Shown here: one piece after another, positions 17,855 to 32,253 of the stretch
Layout of the letters: each line of letters opens with the position of its first letter
Position numbering within the stretch: position 1 is the stretch's first letter
Assembly (NCBI GenBank): GCA_963695095.1
Contig: CAVOFT010000001.1
Location: 2,176,001-2,240,000 of the forward strand
DNA from: an uncultured bacterium
Lineage (GTDB): Bacteria > Krumholzibacteriota > Krumholzibacteriia > JACNKJ01
Reading direction: 5' to 3'
Length of the DNA: 64,000 bases
The notes under the pieces: generated by a model
The model's database searches: none
Told to the model about the DNA's origin: nothing
What the model saw: only the letters and a program-made list of their open reading frames with translations
Translations under genes and position numbers: made by a program

Positions 17855-18601
17855 TCAGTCCCGCGGCGCCAAGGCGTAGATGCCCTTGAGCGTCCACCCC
17901 GGATCCCAGCGCAGGGCGCCTTCCACCCAGCGCTCGACCAGGGCCGGCGCCCCGCCACCCGTGAGCAGCACGGCGGCTTCCCGGCCGCTGTCGGCGCGAT
18001 AGCGGCGTGCGAGGCCCTCGAGAGCGGCGAGACCGCCCCAGAGCGCGCCCGCGGCCAGAGCGGCGGCGCTGTCCTCGCCCCAGGGCGTGGGCGGCCAGAG
18101 GGGCGGCGCGGCGAAGAGCTGCTCGCCGCCGCGAGCCAGCGCTTCCAGACAGAGGCCGGGGCCCGGCAGGATGGCCCCGCCCCGATAGCGGCCCTCGGCA
18201 TCGACCCAATCCACGGTGACGGCGGTGCCGGCGTCGATGAGCAGGGCCGGGGCAAGACCCTCCGCCCAGGCCGCCGCCGCGTTGCAGAGGCGATCGGCGC
18301 CCAGCGTGTGGCGCCCCCCGACGAGCACGGGAAAGGGGACCGGGCTTTCGCCCCGGATGCAATGGACGCGCGCGCCCAGCGCGCTCAGGCCGGCGAGCAG
18401 TTCAGGGTCCTGGGAAGGGCGCACGCTGCACAGGGCCGCGCGCCCGCCCGCGGCCGCCAGCAGCGGGGCGAGCTGGGCGGGCCACTGCTCGGCGACCGCC
18501 GCGGCCAGGATCAGGATCTCGCCGCCGCCCTCGCCGTCGCGAAGCTGCGCCTTGAGACGGCTGTTGCCGAGGTCGAGACAGAGACAGCTCCCGCTCGCCA
18601 C
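17855..18601 (-). CDS. coaX: Type III pantothenate kinase
   Basis: LDLGNSRLK, LGADR, IDAGTAVTVD, GGAILPG, TGGGA; GTG overlaps the birA stop. Confidence 0.92.
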   Translation of the reverse strand: MASGSCLCLDLGNSRLKAQLRDGEGGGEILILAAAVAEQWPAQLAPLLAAAGGRAALCSVRPSQDPELLAGLSALGARVHCIRGESPVPFPVLVGGRHTLGADRLCNAAAAWAEGLAPALLIDAGTAVTVDWVDAEGRYRGGAILPGPGLCLEALARGGEQLFAAPPLWPPTPWGEDSAAALAAGALWGGLAALEGLARRYRADSGREAAVLLTGGGAPALVERWVEGALRWDPGWTLKGIYALAPRD

Positions 18602-19449
18602 TAGCTTTCCTCCTCGCTCCCGCCTGGGGACTCCGCCTCGATCTGCAGCTTGACCCCGGCATGCAGGCTGACCTCGCCCTGCGTAGCGGCGACCCGCAGC
18701 GCTCCGTCCTCGGCGATGCCGAGCAGGTGCAGCCGCTGTCCCGCCTCGTCCCGCGCCCAGCGGCCCGCATGAGCCCAGTGCGCCGTCCACTCCGCGCGCA
18801 GCGCGGCGGCGGCGGCCGAATTCAGGCCGGCCGCCAGGGCGGGCAGCCGCCCTTCGAGGGCGGCCAGGAAGTCGGCGCAGAGCCCGGCCCGGTCGAGTCG
18901 GCGGCCGGCCAGCAGATCCAGGGACGTCGCCTCCGCCTGCAGTTCGGGCGGGAAGCTCTCGCGGCCCTGGTGCACGTTGACGCCCAGTCCCAGCACGAGC
19001 TGGCGATAGCCGCCCGCGCTGAGCCGCGCTTCGCTCAGGATGCCCGCCACCTTGCGCCCGCCGCCGAGCAGGTCGTTGGGCCACTTCAGCGCCAGGCGCA
19101 GACCCTGCGCGGCGGCCGCATCGAGCGCGGCGAGCCCGCCGGCCAGGGCGAGCAGGCCGCCCGCCGCCGGCTCCCAGTCCGGGCGCAGCAGGAGCGCGAG
19201 CAGCAGGCTCTCGCCGGGCCGATCGTGCCAGGGGCGCGCCTCGCGGCCGCGCCCCCGGCGCTGATGATCCGCGACGACGCAGGTGCCGGCGGGCGCGCCC
19301 GCCTCGCCCAGCGCCTGGGCCTGATCCATCGCGCTGTCCAGCTCGACGTGGAACTCCAGGGGCCGGCCCAGACTGCCGCGCAGCCGCGCAGACCAGGCCG
19401 CCTCGCGGGCGGGCAGGCGGCCCGCCGCCTCTGCGGGGCGGAGGCTCAC
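18601..19449 (-). CDS. birA: Biotin--protein ligase (no N-terminal HTH)
   Basis: QRRGRGR, LKWPNDLL, KVAGILSE, LGLGVNV. Confidence 0.92.
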   Translation of the reverse strand: MSLRPAEAAGRLPAREAAWSARLRGSLGRPLEFHVELDSAMDQAQALGEAGAPAGTCVVADHQRRGRGREARPWHDRPGESLLLALLLRPDWEPAAGGLLALAGGLAALDAAAAQGLRLALKWPNDLLGGGRKVAGILSEARLSAGGYRQLVLGLGVNVHQGRESFPPELQAEATSLDLLAGRRLDRAGLCADFLAALEGRLPALAAGLNSAAAAALRAEWTAHWAHAGRWARDEAGQRLHLLGIAEDGALRVAATQGEVSLHAGVKLQIEAESPGGSEEES

Positions 19450-20377
19450 GCCTCGATCTCCAGCGCTAGGTCGAGGGCGCCGGCGCCATGGGTGATACTG
19501 CCCAGGCTCGCGACCTCGACCCCCACGTAGCGCGGATCGGCGAGGTCGGCGGCGACGAGACCGCCCGAGATCTCGAAGGCGGGACCGCCGAGCTGCGCGC
19601 GCAGCGCGACCGCGGCGGCCACGGCCGCCGGCGGGAAGTTGTCCAGCAGCACGCGCTCGATGCGCCGGCGCTCCGCATGCTCCAGCAGCAGGCGCAGTTC
19701 GTCAAGGCTGTCCACCTCGACGATGAGCGGCAGCTCCGGCGGCAGGCTCGCCAGGCGGGCGAGCACGGCAGCCAGGCCGCCCAGAGCTTCCTTGTGGTTG
19801 TCCTTGACGAGCAGGGCATCATGAAGGCCCAGGCGATGATTCTGGCCGCCCCCCATGCGCACGGCGTACTTCTCGAGCAGGCGGAAGCCCGGCGTCGTCT
19901 TGCGCGTGTCGAGCACGGCCGGTCCGCAGCTCGCCGCGACGGCCCGGGCCGTGGCTCCGGCCACGCCGCAGAGCCGCTGCAGGAAGTTCAGGGCCGTGCG
20001 CTCGCCGGCGTGCAGGAGCGAGGCGGGCGCGGCCAGCCGCGCCAGGGTCTCCCCCGCCGGGAAGTGCAGTCCCTCGGGCGCCGTCTCGAGCAGCTCGAGC
20101 GCAGCGCAGGCCAGGGGCGCGGCGGCGTCGCGGGGCAGGGGCGCTGCGAGGGCGAGCCGGGCCGCGGCGGCGCGGAAGACGAAGAGGAAGAGCGGCAGGC
20201 CGGCCAGCACCCCCGCCTCGCGGGCGACGAGGCGGGCTCGCGCTCGGCCGTCGCCGGCATCGAAGTAGCGCGCCGTGAGGTCGCCCGCCGCGCCGAGATC
20301 CTCCGCGAGGGCCAGCTCCACCAGCGGCAGGGCCGCTTGCCTGAGCTCGACCGGCCAGGCCAGCCAGGGATCGCGGG

Positions 20378-20381
<4 letters not shown>
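19446..20381 (-). CDS. nadC: Quinolinate phosphoribosyltransferase
   Basis: [45 protein letters not shown]. Confidence 0.95.
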
Positions 20382-22390
<2,009 letters not shown>

Positions 22391-22425
22391 GCGGGGCTCC
22401 GGGGGCTGAGGAGGGCCGAGCGGGA

Positions 22426-22455
22426 AGCCTAGCGCCGGGACAGGGGCAGCGTCAA
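22426..22455 (-). promoter_or_regulatory. sigma70-like promoter of uvrB operon
   Basis: TTGACG, 18 nt, TAGGCT. Confidence 0.6.
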
Positions 22456-22474
22456 CCGCGGCGCTAGGCCAGCC

Positions 22475-24358
22475 CTACTTGACGCCGTTGACGGCCGACC
22501 AGTCGCGCCAGCGGCCCTCGGAGATCTTCAGCCGGCGCAGCATGGGCGTCTTCTTGTGGTTGTGGTCGCGCATGCGCATCATGATGTTGTCGAGGAAGCG
22601 CACGGCGTCCACCACGAAGGGCCCCTTGTTGAGCATCACGCATTCGGCCCGGGCGCTCATCGCGGCGTCGCTGACCTCGCTGCGCGTCGGCGTGCCCGTC
22701 TTGGTCAGCGTCTCCAGCACCTGCGTCGCCCAGATCACGGGCAGGTGCGCGGCCTCGGCCAGCCAGAGAATCTCCTCCTGCACCTCGGCCATGCGCTCGA
22801 AGCCCAGCTCGACGCCGAGATCCCCGCGCGCCACCATGACGCCGGCCGGCGGGCGGCCGAGCGCGGCCAGCAGGAGCGTGGGCAGGTTCTCGAAGGCCTG
22901 CCGCGTCTCGATCTTGAGGACGACCCCGAGCGTCTCGCCCCCGCGCTGCGCGAGCTCGGCGTGCAGGGCGGCCACGTCCTCGGGCCGCCGCACGAAGGAC
23001 ATGCCCACGAGATCCGCATGGCGCACGGCGAAGTCGAGCGTGGCCAGATCCGCCGCGGTCAGCGGCGTCAGCGAGAGATCCGTGTCGGGCAGGTTGATGC
23101 CGCGATCCGCCTGCAGGCGGGTGCCCGTGGCCGCCGCGCGGCGGACTTCGACGCGCAGGAAGCTGGGCGTCGTCTCGCGGATCACGCCCTCGATGCGGCC
23201 GTCGTCGAAGAGGATGCGCTCGCCCACGCGGGTGTCGGCGAAGATCTCGGGCAAGGTGCAGGGAACGCGCGCGGGCTCGAGCAGCGCGCCCTCGCTGTCG
23301 CGGCGAGCGGGCGCCCCCGGCTCCTCGCCCGCGGTGACGAGCAGCGTGTCGCCGGGCGCGAGGAGCAGGCGCTGCTGGCGGGCGGGCAGGCTGCCGATGT
23401 GGCCCGCCCACAGCTCGACGCCCTGGCGGTAAAGCCGCAGAGGCAGGCCGCTGCTGAAGTAGAGGCCGCGCCGCGTCTCGATCCAGAGGCTGCCGCCTGG
23501 GCCATCCGCCACGCGCAGCCGGCGCGCGCGCCCGGGCAGGTCGCGCAGTCGCAGCTCGTCGCCCGCACGCAGGAGCCCGTAGAGGGCCTCGTCGACGGGC
23601 AGCACGCGCTCGCCCTGAGCCTGGGGCTCGGCGCCCTCGCTGACCAGGCGCAGGCGAGCGGGCTGGCCGATGCGGCCGCAGTCGTCGCGCTCGGGGCGCA
23701 GACGCAGCACCTCGGGCCCCGGCGCCAGTGGCCCCGTGCGCAGCTTCGGCCCGGCGAGATCGAAGAGGACCCGGCAGCTGCGGCCGGTGTCGCCCTCGGC
23801 GCGGCGCACGCGCTCGATCATCGCCTGCCAGGCCTCCGGCCCATCGTGGGCGCTGTTGATGCGGGCGATGTTCATGCCGCTGGCCACGAGGTCGCGCACG
23901 AGGCCGTAGTCCTGCGCCGCTTCGCTGGGCAGGGTGACCATGATGCGCACGATGCGGTTGGGCGCTTCCGGGCCGAAGAGGTCACCGGCGTGGCGGGCAA
24001 GGCGCTCGTCGCCCTCGCGGAAGCGAGCGGGCTGCACGCCCGTGGGCGCTTCGCTCAGGGGCTCGCCGGTCATGCTCTCGAGCGCCGCCAGCACGGATTC
24101 GAGGGCGGCCACCACGTGGGCCTCCATGCGGCCCAGGGAGCTGAGCCCCAGTTCGCCGAGCTGGATCTGCAGGGCGCGGATGTCGTGGCGGCGCACGGCC
24201 AGGTAGTGCAGCAGATTGCGCGCGCTGGCAGCATAGTCCGGCGGCATGGCGGCGAGCAGGCCCGCCTGCTCCTCGGCGAGGGCGAGCGCCGCTCCGCGCA
24301 AGGCAAGCAACTGCGCGTGCAACTGGCGGAGGAGTTCAGCGGAGTAGCGGGCTGGCAT
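22475..24358 (-). CDS. pyk: Pyruvate kinase, long atypical form
   Basis: GMNIARIN, DLAGPKLRTG, GINLPD, KIETRQA, MVARGDLGVE, WATQVLE, PTRSEVSDA, CVMLNKG. Confidence 0.9.
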   Translation of the reverse strand: MPARYSAELLRQLHAQLLALRGAALALAEEQAGLLAAMPPDYAASARNLLHYLAVRRHDIRALQIQLGELGLSSLGRMEAHVVAALESVLAALESMTGEPLSEAPTGVQPARFREGDERLARHAGDLFGPEAPNRIVRIMVTLPSEAAQDYGLVRDLVASGMNIARINSAHDGPEAWQAMIERVRRAEGDTGRSCRVLFDLAGPKLRTGPLAPGPEVLRLRPERDDCGRIGQPARLRLVSEGAEPQAQGERVLPVDEALYGLLRAGDELRLRDLPGRARRLRVADGPGGSLWIETRRGLYFSSGLPLRLYRQGVELWAGHIGSLPARQQRLLLAPGDTLLVTAGEEPGAPARRDSEGALLEPARVPCTLPEIFADTRVGERILFDDGRIEGVIRETTPSFLRVEVRRAAATGTRLQADRGINLPDTDLSLTPLTAADLATLDFAVRHADLVGMSFVRRPEDVAALHAELAQRGGETLGVVLKIETRQAFENLPTLLLAALGRPPAGVMVARGDLGVELGFERMAEVQEEILWLAEAAHLPVIWATQVLETLTKTGTPTRSEVSDAAMSARAECVMLNKGPFVVDAVRFLDNIMMRMRDHNHKKTPMLRRLKISEGRWRDWSAVNGVK

Positions 24359-24366
24359 GGTCGGCG

Positions 24367-24395
24367 AGTCTAGGGCCGAGGCCGGCGAGCGTCAA
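24367..24395 (-). promoter_or_regulatory. sigma70-like promoter of pyk (probably leaderless)
   Basis: TTGACG, 17 nt, TAGACT, then 8 nt to ATG with no SD. Confidence 0.7.
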
Positions 24396-25265
24396 CCACC
24401 GCCAGCGGAGTCGGCGGCTGGCGGTGCGTCCAGGCGCAGGGCCAGGGGTTCGCCCGCGGGCAGGTCCGGCAGCGGGTAGGCCTCGCCGTTGAGGCGCAGG
24501 GCGAGACCTTCGGCGTTGGCGACGCTGAGGACGACGAAGCGCTCGGCCTCGACGCGCCAGCTCTCCCCGGCGGCGAGAGCTCGCACCAGACGGCGGCGGT
24601 CATCGACATTGAGCTGGAGCTGGATGGGCGCCACCGCGTCCAGCTCCAAGCGCAGGGCGACGGCTCCCGGGGCAGCTTCAGCGGCCGCCGCGAGCGCTCC
24701 CGCAGGGTCAGCCGCCGGCGCCAGCGGCCCGGCGGCCCAGGCGGCCAGGGCTTCCGGATCCGGTGGCCGGGCTGCCTGGGCCAGGCTGTCCTCCTCCGGC
24801 GGCGGCGCCTCCACGGGTCCCAGCGAAGCGTCGACGCTCGGGCGCAGGGGCTCGGGCTCCGGCAAGGCCGGGGGCGACTGGGCGCGGAAGGCCCAGAGGA
24901 CGGCGCCGATGAGGGCGCCGGCCACGACGATGGCGCCCAGGCCCAGCCAGAGGCCGCGGCCGGGGCGCCAGCCCTCCAGGCGCGTCTCCGGCACTTCCTC
25001 GCGCCAGACCCTTTCGGTCGCCGCCGCTGGGGGCGCCGCTTGACCGCCCCGATAGCTGGCCAGGAGCTCGCCACGATCGAGATCGAGGGTGTCGGCGATC
25101 ATGCGCAGGGCATTGGCGACGTAGAGCTCGCCGGGCAGCTCGGCCCGGCGGTCCTCCTCCAGCGCGCGCAGGACGGACAGCGCGAGCCGAGTCTCGCGCC
25201 CGACGGCCTCCAGGCTGAGCCCGCGCGCCTCGCGCGCCTGGCGGATGCGCTCGCCGAGGGTCTGC

Positions 25266-25276
<11 letters not shown>
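24392..25276 (-). CDS. rodZ: RodZ-like protein (HTH_25, TM, DUF4115-like C-domain)
   Basis: [22 protein letters not shown]....ALEE...LPG..Y; single TM; C-terminal [14 protein letters not shown]. Confidence 0.8.
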
Positions 25277-28013
<2,737 letters not shown>

Positions 28014-28072
28014 CGCCGATGCTCCTCACCCCTGCCCGCCCCGGCGGGTGGCCGGCTGTCGATGAAGCAGGT

Positions 28073-28101
28073 ATCCTAGGTCAAGGCCGGAGACCGGTCA
28101 A
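28073..28101 (-). promoter_or_regulatory. sigma70-like promoter of valS
   Basis: TTGACC, 17 nt, TAGGAT. Confidence 0.7.
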
Positions 28102-28115
28102 GGCGAGCGCGCCGA

Positions 28116-29249
28116 TCAGCCGCTGGCCGCGCGCGCGGCTGGACGATGGCCGAGGGCCTCAGCCTGGCGGTAACGCTGCCGCGCCGCCTCCGCCTGACCG
28201 AGCTGGTCGTGGATGATACCGAGGTAGTAGTGGCTGCGCGCGTCCTCCGGATGCAGCTCGATCACCTTGAGGAAGCAGGGCAGGGCCTGTGCGAACTCGC
28301 CCAGGTTCACCCGGCACAGGCCGAGGTAATACTTGATGCGCGAATCGGCGGGTTCCGCCAGCTCGGCCCGCTCGAGCTCGGCCAGGGCCTTCCGGTGGGC
28401 CCCCAGCCGCAGGTGGCAGAGCGCCGCGTAGAAGCGCGCGTCGCCGAAGGGCGGGCGCAGGGCCAGCACGGCCTCGAATTCGGCCAGGGCCTCGCCGTAG
28501 CGGCTGCTATTGTAGAGGGCCAGCCCCAGGCTCATGCGGCCCTCGACGCTGTCGGGGGCCAGCTCGACCGTCTTGCGGAAGAGATGGATGGCCTGCTCGT
28601 ACTCGCCGCGCTCGCCGTAGAGCGCCCCGAGATTCAAGTGCCCCATCGCATTGCTGGGATCGAGCTGGATCGCCCGCTTGAAGTGCAAGATGGCCTCATC
28701 GCGCTCCCCGCGGCGGTCGAGGCTGAAGCCGAGGTTGGTGTGCGCTTTGGCCAAGCGGGGATCGAGGCCGAGCGCTCCGCGGAAGGCCTCCTCGGCCTCG
28801 AGCGTGCGATTCTCGCGCAGCAGGGTGCAGCCGAGCTGATAGCGGCTCTCGGCCGCGTCCGCAGGCATGGTCAGGGCCAGGCGATGCAGCTCGTGGGCCT
28901 GCTCGAAGCGGCCGGCCAGGCTGTGCAGACGCGCGGCCTGGTTGAGCGGGCGCGGCGACTCGGGCTCGCGCCGGCGCCAGGCGGCGGCCAGGCGCAGCCC
29001 TTCCTCGAAGAGCTCCGCCCGGAAGCTCGCCTCGATGAGTTCGCTGTAGCTTTCGGCCGGCAGGGAGAGCGGGTCGGAAATCTCCTCGAAGAAGGCCTCG
29101 AGCTCTTCGCGCTCGCCGCGGGCGATGCGCTCGTCGAGCCAGCGGCCCACGGCCTCCGGATCGTGCGCGGCCTCCGAGCAGAGTGCGTCGATGAGCGTCC
29201 GTCGGCGCGAGCGCCGCTGCAACTTGCGGTACCAGTTCCAAGGACCCAT
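28116..29249 (-). CDS. Cytoplasmic tetratricopeptide repeat protein
   Basis: Several TPRs (AHTNLGF...A..HFKRAIQLDP; HLNLGALY...YEQAI..FRK..ELAP); no signal peptide. Confidence 0.9.
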   Translation of the reverse strand: MGPWNWYRKLQRRSRRRTLIDALCSEAAHDPEAVGRWLDERIARGEREELEAFFEEISDPLSLPAESYSELIEASFRAELFEEGLRLAAAWRRREPESPRPLNQAARLHSLAGRFEQAHELHRLALTMPADAAESRYQLGCTLLRENRTLEAEEAFRGALGLDPRLAKAHTNLGFSLDRRGERDEAILHFKRAIQLDPSNAMGHLNLGALYGERGEYEQAIHLFRKTVELAPDSVEGRMSLGLALYNSSRYGEALAEFEAVLALRPPFGDARFYAALCHLRLGAHRKALAELERAELAEPADSRIKYYLGLCRVNLGEFAQALPCFLKVIELHPEDARSHYYLGIIHDQLGQAEAARQRYRQAEALGHRPAARAASG

Positions 29250-29289
29250 GCGCAGCCCACCTCTCCTGCTTGCCGGTCTGAACGGCGGC

Positions 29290-29319
29290 AGGATAGGTGG
29301 GCCTTCAAAATTCGGTCAA
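29290..29319 (-). promoter_or_regulatory. sigma70-like promoter of TPR gene
   Basis: TTGACC, 18 nt, TATCCT. Confidence 0.6.
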
Positions 29320-29334
29320 GACAATGTTAGGCGA

Positions 29335-29826
29335 CTAGTCGTCACTACCCAGCGGTTTGTCGCGCAGGGGCGACAGGAGTCCGCCCGAACGCCAGCCGAA
29401 GGGCGCGAGGGGATCGTAGAGACCGCCGCCCTGCCCCACCTCGAGGCGCAGGAGGAAGTTGTCGCCGGGTCGCCAGTCGAGCGCGGCATAGGGCAGCACG
29501 AGGCGGGCGCCGCCATCCTCGCGGCCCCACTGCTGGTCACCGGGTGAGAAAGCGAGACCGAAGCGGGCGTTGAAGTCGAGCTGCGCGCCCAGGGGAATGC
29601 GCAGATCGCGGGTCAGGAGGCCGAGAGAGCGACTCTCGCCGCCGCCCCAGGACTGGCTGTAGCTGAGCGCGCTGGGCCCCCATTGCAGGCGATCGAGCCC
29701 AAGGCCCAGTTGGGGGCTGCTCGAGATGGGCGCCACCAGGGCGAGCGGGTTGGCGGCCGTCTCGGCCAGGGCCGGCTGAGCCAGCGCGAGCAGAAGCAGG
29801 CAGGCGATGAAGCGGCGAGTCGACAT
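29335..29826 (-). CDS. Exported hypothetical protein
   Basis: Signal peptide MSTRRFIACLLLLALAQPALA; alternating beta-strand-like segments. Confidence 0.65.
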   Translation of the reverse strand: MSTRRFIACLLLLALAQPALAETAANPLALVAPISSSPQLGLGLDRLQWGPSALSYSQSWGGGESRSLGLLTRDLRIPLGAQLDFNARFGLAFSPGDQQWGREDGGARLVLPYAALDWRPGDNFLLRLEVGQGGGLYDPLAPFGWRSGGLLSPLRDKPLGSDD

Positions 29827-29864
29827 GGTCATCCCTTCGGCCGGCGCAGGCCGGCGTCAATGCT

Positions 29865-30233
29865 TCAGTCGGTGAGCAGTTCCCGGACCTTGGCCTTCAG
29901 CGGGTCGAGGTCCGAGGACTTGACCAGGTAGGCCTCCGCCGACCACGAGGCGAAGTCATCCTTGTAGCTGTGGTAGGCGCTGCTGATCAGCACCCGCAGG
30001 CCGCGGTGGACCTGCATCACTTCCCGCAAGTAGCTCAGGCCGTCCTTGCCCGGCAGCTCGATGTCGAGGATGAGCAGGTCGGGGCAGGCGCGGGCCAGGA
30101 CCTCAGCCGCCTCCTCCGCTGAGGCCACCGCCTCGACGAGGTAGCCCTCGTCCCGAAGCTCCTGGCTGTAGAGGGTGCGGATGCTGGCCTCGTCGTCGAC
30201 GACGAGGATTCGCTTGCCTGCGCTCGCGGTCAC
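29865..30233 (-). CDS. Single-domain response regulator receiver
   Basis: ILVVDDE, DLLILDIELPGKDG (phospho-Asp), SAY, YLVKS; AGGAGG RBS before GTG. Confidence 0.92.
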   Translation of the reverse strand: MTASAGKRILVVDDEASIRTLYSQELRDEGYLVEAVASAEEAAEVLARACPDLLILDIELPGKDGLSYLREVMQVHRGLRVLISSAYHSYKDDFASWSAEAYLVKSSDLDPLKAKVRELLTD

Positions 30234-30253
30234 GGCGGCCTCCTGACCGCGGG

Positions 30254-30282
30254 AGCCTAGTTGCGCTTCCCCGGGCTGTCAA
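30254..30282 (-). promoter_or_regulatory. sigma70-like promoter of response regulator gene
   Basis: TTGACA, 17 nt, TAGGCT. Confidence 0.72.
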
Positions 30283-30288
30283 GCGCCG

Positions 30289-31971
30289 CTACTCCAGAGG
30301 CACCAGCTCGCCATCGCGGAGCGCGAAGCGCATCCCCGCGCCGGCGGGTCGCGACGGCGCACTGGGAGCGCGCCCCGCCGCCACCGGCGCCGACTCGGGA
30401 GAGGCACCGGCCTGCGCCTCGCTGGCCATGCCGCGCGTGGCCGGGATGCCGGGCGCTGCTTCGCGGATGGGAGCCGCCGTCGCCATCCAGCCGGGCGCGC
30501 TGCCCCCCTCCGCCGAGAGGCCGCCGCTCGGAGGCGCCGGCGGAGCCGGAGCGTCCTCGAGTACGAGACGCAGAACCAGCTCGCCGCCGCTCAAGGCGCT
30601 GCGGGGAATGCGCAGGGTGAATGGCTGCGAGGCCCCGACCGGGGCCGGCGGCGCGGCGTGCTCCCCCCGACTAGCCGGCGGCGCCGCGGCCGCCCGCTCG
30701 GGCGGCGCAGCGGGGCCGCTGCCCTCAGGCGTGGCCGCGGTCGGCGGCATCGAGGCCCAGAGCGCCACCGACGGCGGGGGCGCTGCGCTCTCGGTCGGCG
30801 AAGCGACGGGCGGCGGCGCCGAATCCATCGCCGCGGGCGGGATTGGCACGGAGGGCGCCTGCAGCGGCGGCTGCGAGGCCCAAGGCGCTACCGGTCGGCT
30901 GGGGGCCGGCCGCGGTGCCGCGCTCGGCAGCTCCTCGAGCTCGACGATTTCAGGCACCACGCGGGACATCGGCACCGGCGGCGGCGAGGTCCCAGCGGTC
31001 ATGCGCTCCAGGGCCGAGGCCCCGGGCGCCGGCGGCGCGGCCTTGGGCGGGCTCGGCAAGGGTAGCGTATCGGCGAGGGAGCGCAGCGGCGAGGCCTCGA
31101 TGGAGGTCTCCACCTCGCGCAGGGCTCGGCGGACATCGCCGGCCTCCATCAAATCGGCGATCGGCGTGCCCGGGCTGGGGTGCGGCGTCCGCAGTTCGCC
31201 AGGCGTCAACTCGACGACGCGCGGATCGGGCAGGTGGTCGAGGTTGAGGCCGGAGCGCGGCGCGGGCGGCTCAGGACGCTGCGGCGCGGATGTTGCCAGA
31301 TCCCGCGGAGGCAGCGGCGCGGGCGGCGTCGAGCGGCTCGGGCTGGCGCTGGGGGCGCTGCGCAGGGACTCGCCGAGTTCCTTCTCGACGAGGGCGCGCA
31401 GCCGGGGCCGCAAGTGCTCGGTCACGCCGAGCAGGGTCTCCTGCACCCCTTCGCCGCGCGGGGCGACGGCGCTGAAGCTGGGCACCTGCGCCGGATTCAG
31501 GGCCTGCTCGAGTTCCTGCACGCTGAGCACGTCGGGCAGGTCGCGCTTGTTGTACTGGATCACCCAGGGCAGATCCTCGAGCTTGAGGTTCATGTCCGCC
31601 AGGTTCGAGCGCAGGTTCTCCAGGCTCTCGAGGTTCTCCTCCATCTTGCCGCGCTGGCTGTCGGCCACGAAGACCACGGCGTCGACGCCCTTGAGCACCA
31701 GGCGCCGCGTCGCGTTGTAGTAGACCTGGCCTGGCACCGTGTAGAGCAGGATGCGCACGTTGAAGTCGAGAATGGAGTCGCCGCTGAGCGGCAGCAGGTC
31801 GAAGAAGAGCGTGCGGTCGGTGCGCGTCTTCATCGAGATCATCTTGCCGCGCTGGTCTTCAGGCACCTGTCGGAAGAGCACTTCGAGATTCGTCGTCTTG
31901 CCGCTGAGCCCCGGGCCGTAGTAGACGACCTTAGCGCTGACTTCCTGCCCTGCACGGTTGATGAGAGCCAC
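30289..31971 (-). CDS. MglA/SofG-family small Ras-like GTPase with long Pro/Ala-rich C-terminal extension
   Basis: KVVYYGPGLSGKTTNL (G1), TDRTLFFD (G2), YTVPGQVYY (G3), FVADS, QYNKRDL (G4); ~360 further low-complexity residues. Confidence 0.93.
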   Translation of the reverse strand: MALINRAGQEVSAKVVYYGPGLSGKTTNLEVLFRQVPEDQRGKMISMKTRTDRTLFFDLLPLSGDSILDFNVRILLYTVPGQVYYNATRRLVLKGVDAVVFVADSQRGKMEENLESLENLRSNLADMNLKLEDLPWVIQYNKRDLPDVLSVQELEQALNPAQVPSFSAVAPRGEGVQETLLGVTEHLRPRLRALVEKELGESLRSAPSASPSRSTPPAPLPPRDLATSAPQRPEPPAPRSGLNLDHLPDPRVVELTPGELRTPHPSPGTPIADLMEAGDVRRALREVETSIEASPLRSLADTLPLPSPPKAAPPAPGASALERMTAGTSPPPVPMSRVVPEIVELEELPSAAPRPAPSRPVAPWASQPPLQAPSVPIPPAAMDSAPPPVASPTESAAPPPSVALWASMPPTAATPEGSGPAAPPERAAAAPPASRGEHAAPPAPVGASQPFTLRIPRSALSGGELVLRLVLEDAPAPPAPPSGGLSAEGGSAPGWMATAAPIREAAPGIPATRGMASEAQAGASPESAPVAAGRAPSAPSRPAGAGMRFALRDGELVPLE

Positions 31972-32161
31972 GCTGCACCTCGTTCTCGCGTTTCAGGTCG
32001 GTGTCCACGGACACCGCCTGCGTTCCGATCGCACCGGCCAAGGGCCCAGGAGGGCGTCGCCGCCAGCGGCCGGCCTTGCTCAGGAGGAGGGAATGCAAGA
32101 TCCGTTCTCGCAAGGGCCCGAGCGCGCACGCGATGTCGCGTTGGGCGGACGCGCTGCAAGT

Positions 32162-32177
32162 CGGCGCAGATCTTGCA
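32162..32177 (+). promoter_or_regulatory. sigma54-like -24/-12 promoter motif
   Basis: CGGCGC-AGATC-TTGCA: GG-N10-GC spacing, upstream of the 32254 ORF. Confidence 0.4.
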
Positions 32178-32253
32178 AATCCGAAGCCGCGCCTGCCTGC
32201 GCGGGATGGCCGAGGCACGCAAGCCCCACCCTGGCAACGAGGTATTGAGGCCG

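Noticed and set aside
22391..22474. SOS box upstream of uvrB
   Set aside because: No recognisable LexA-type palindrome or direct repeat; only a sigma70-like promoter
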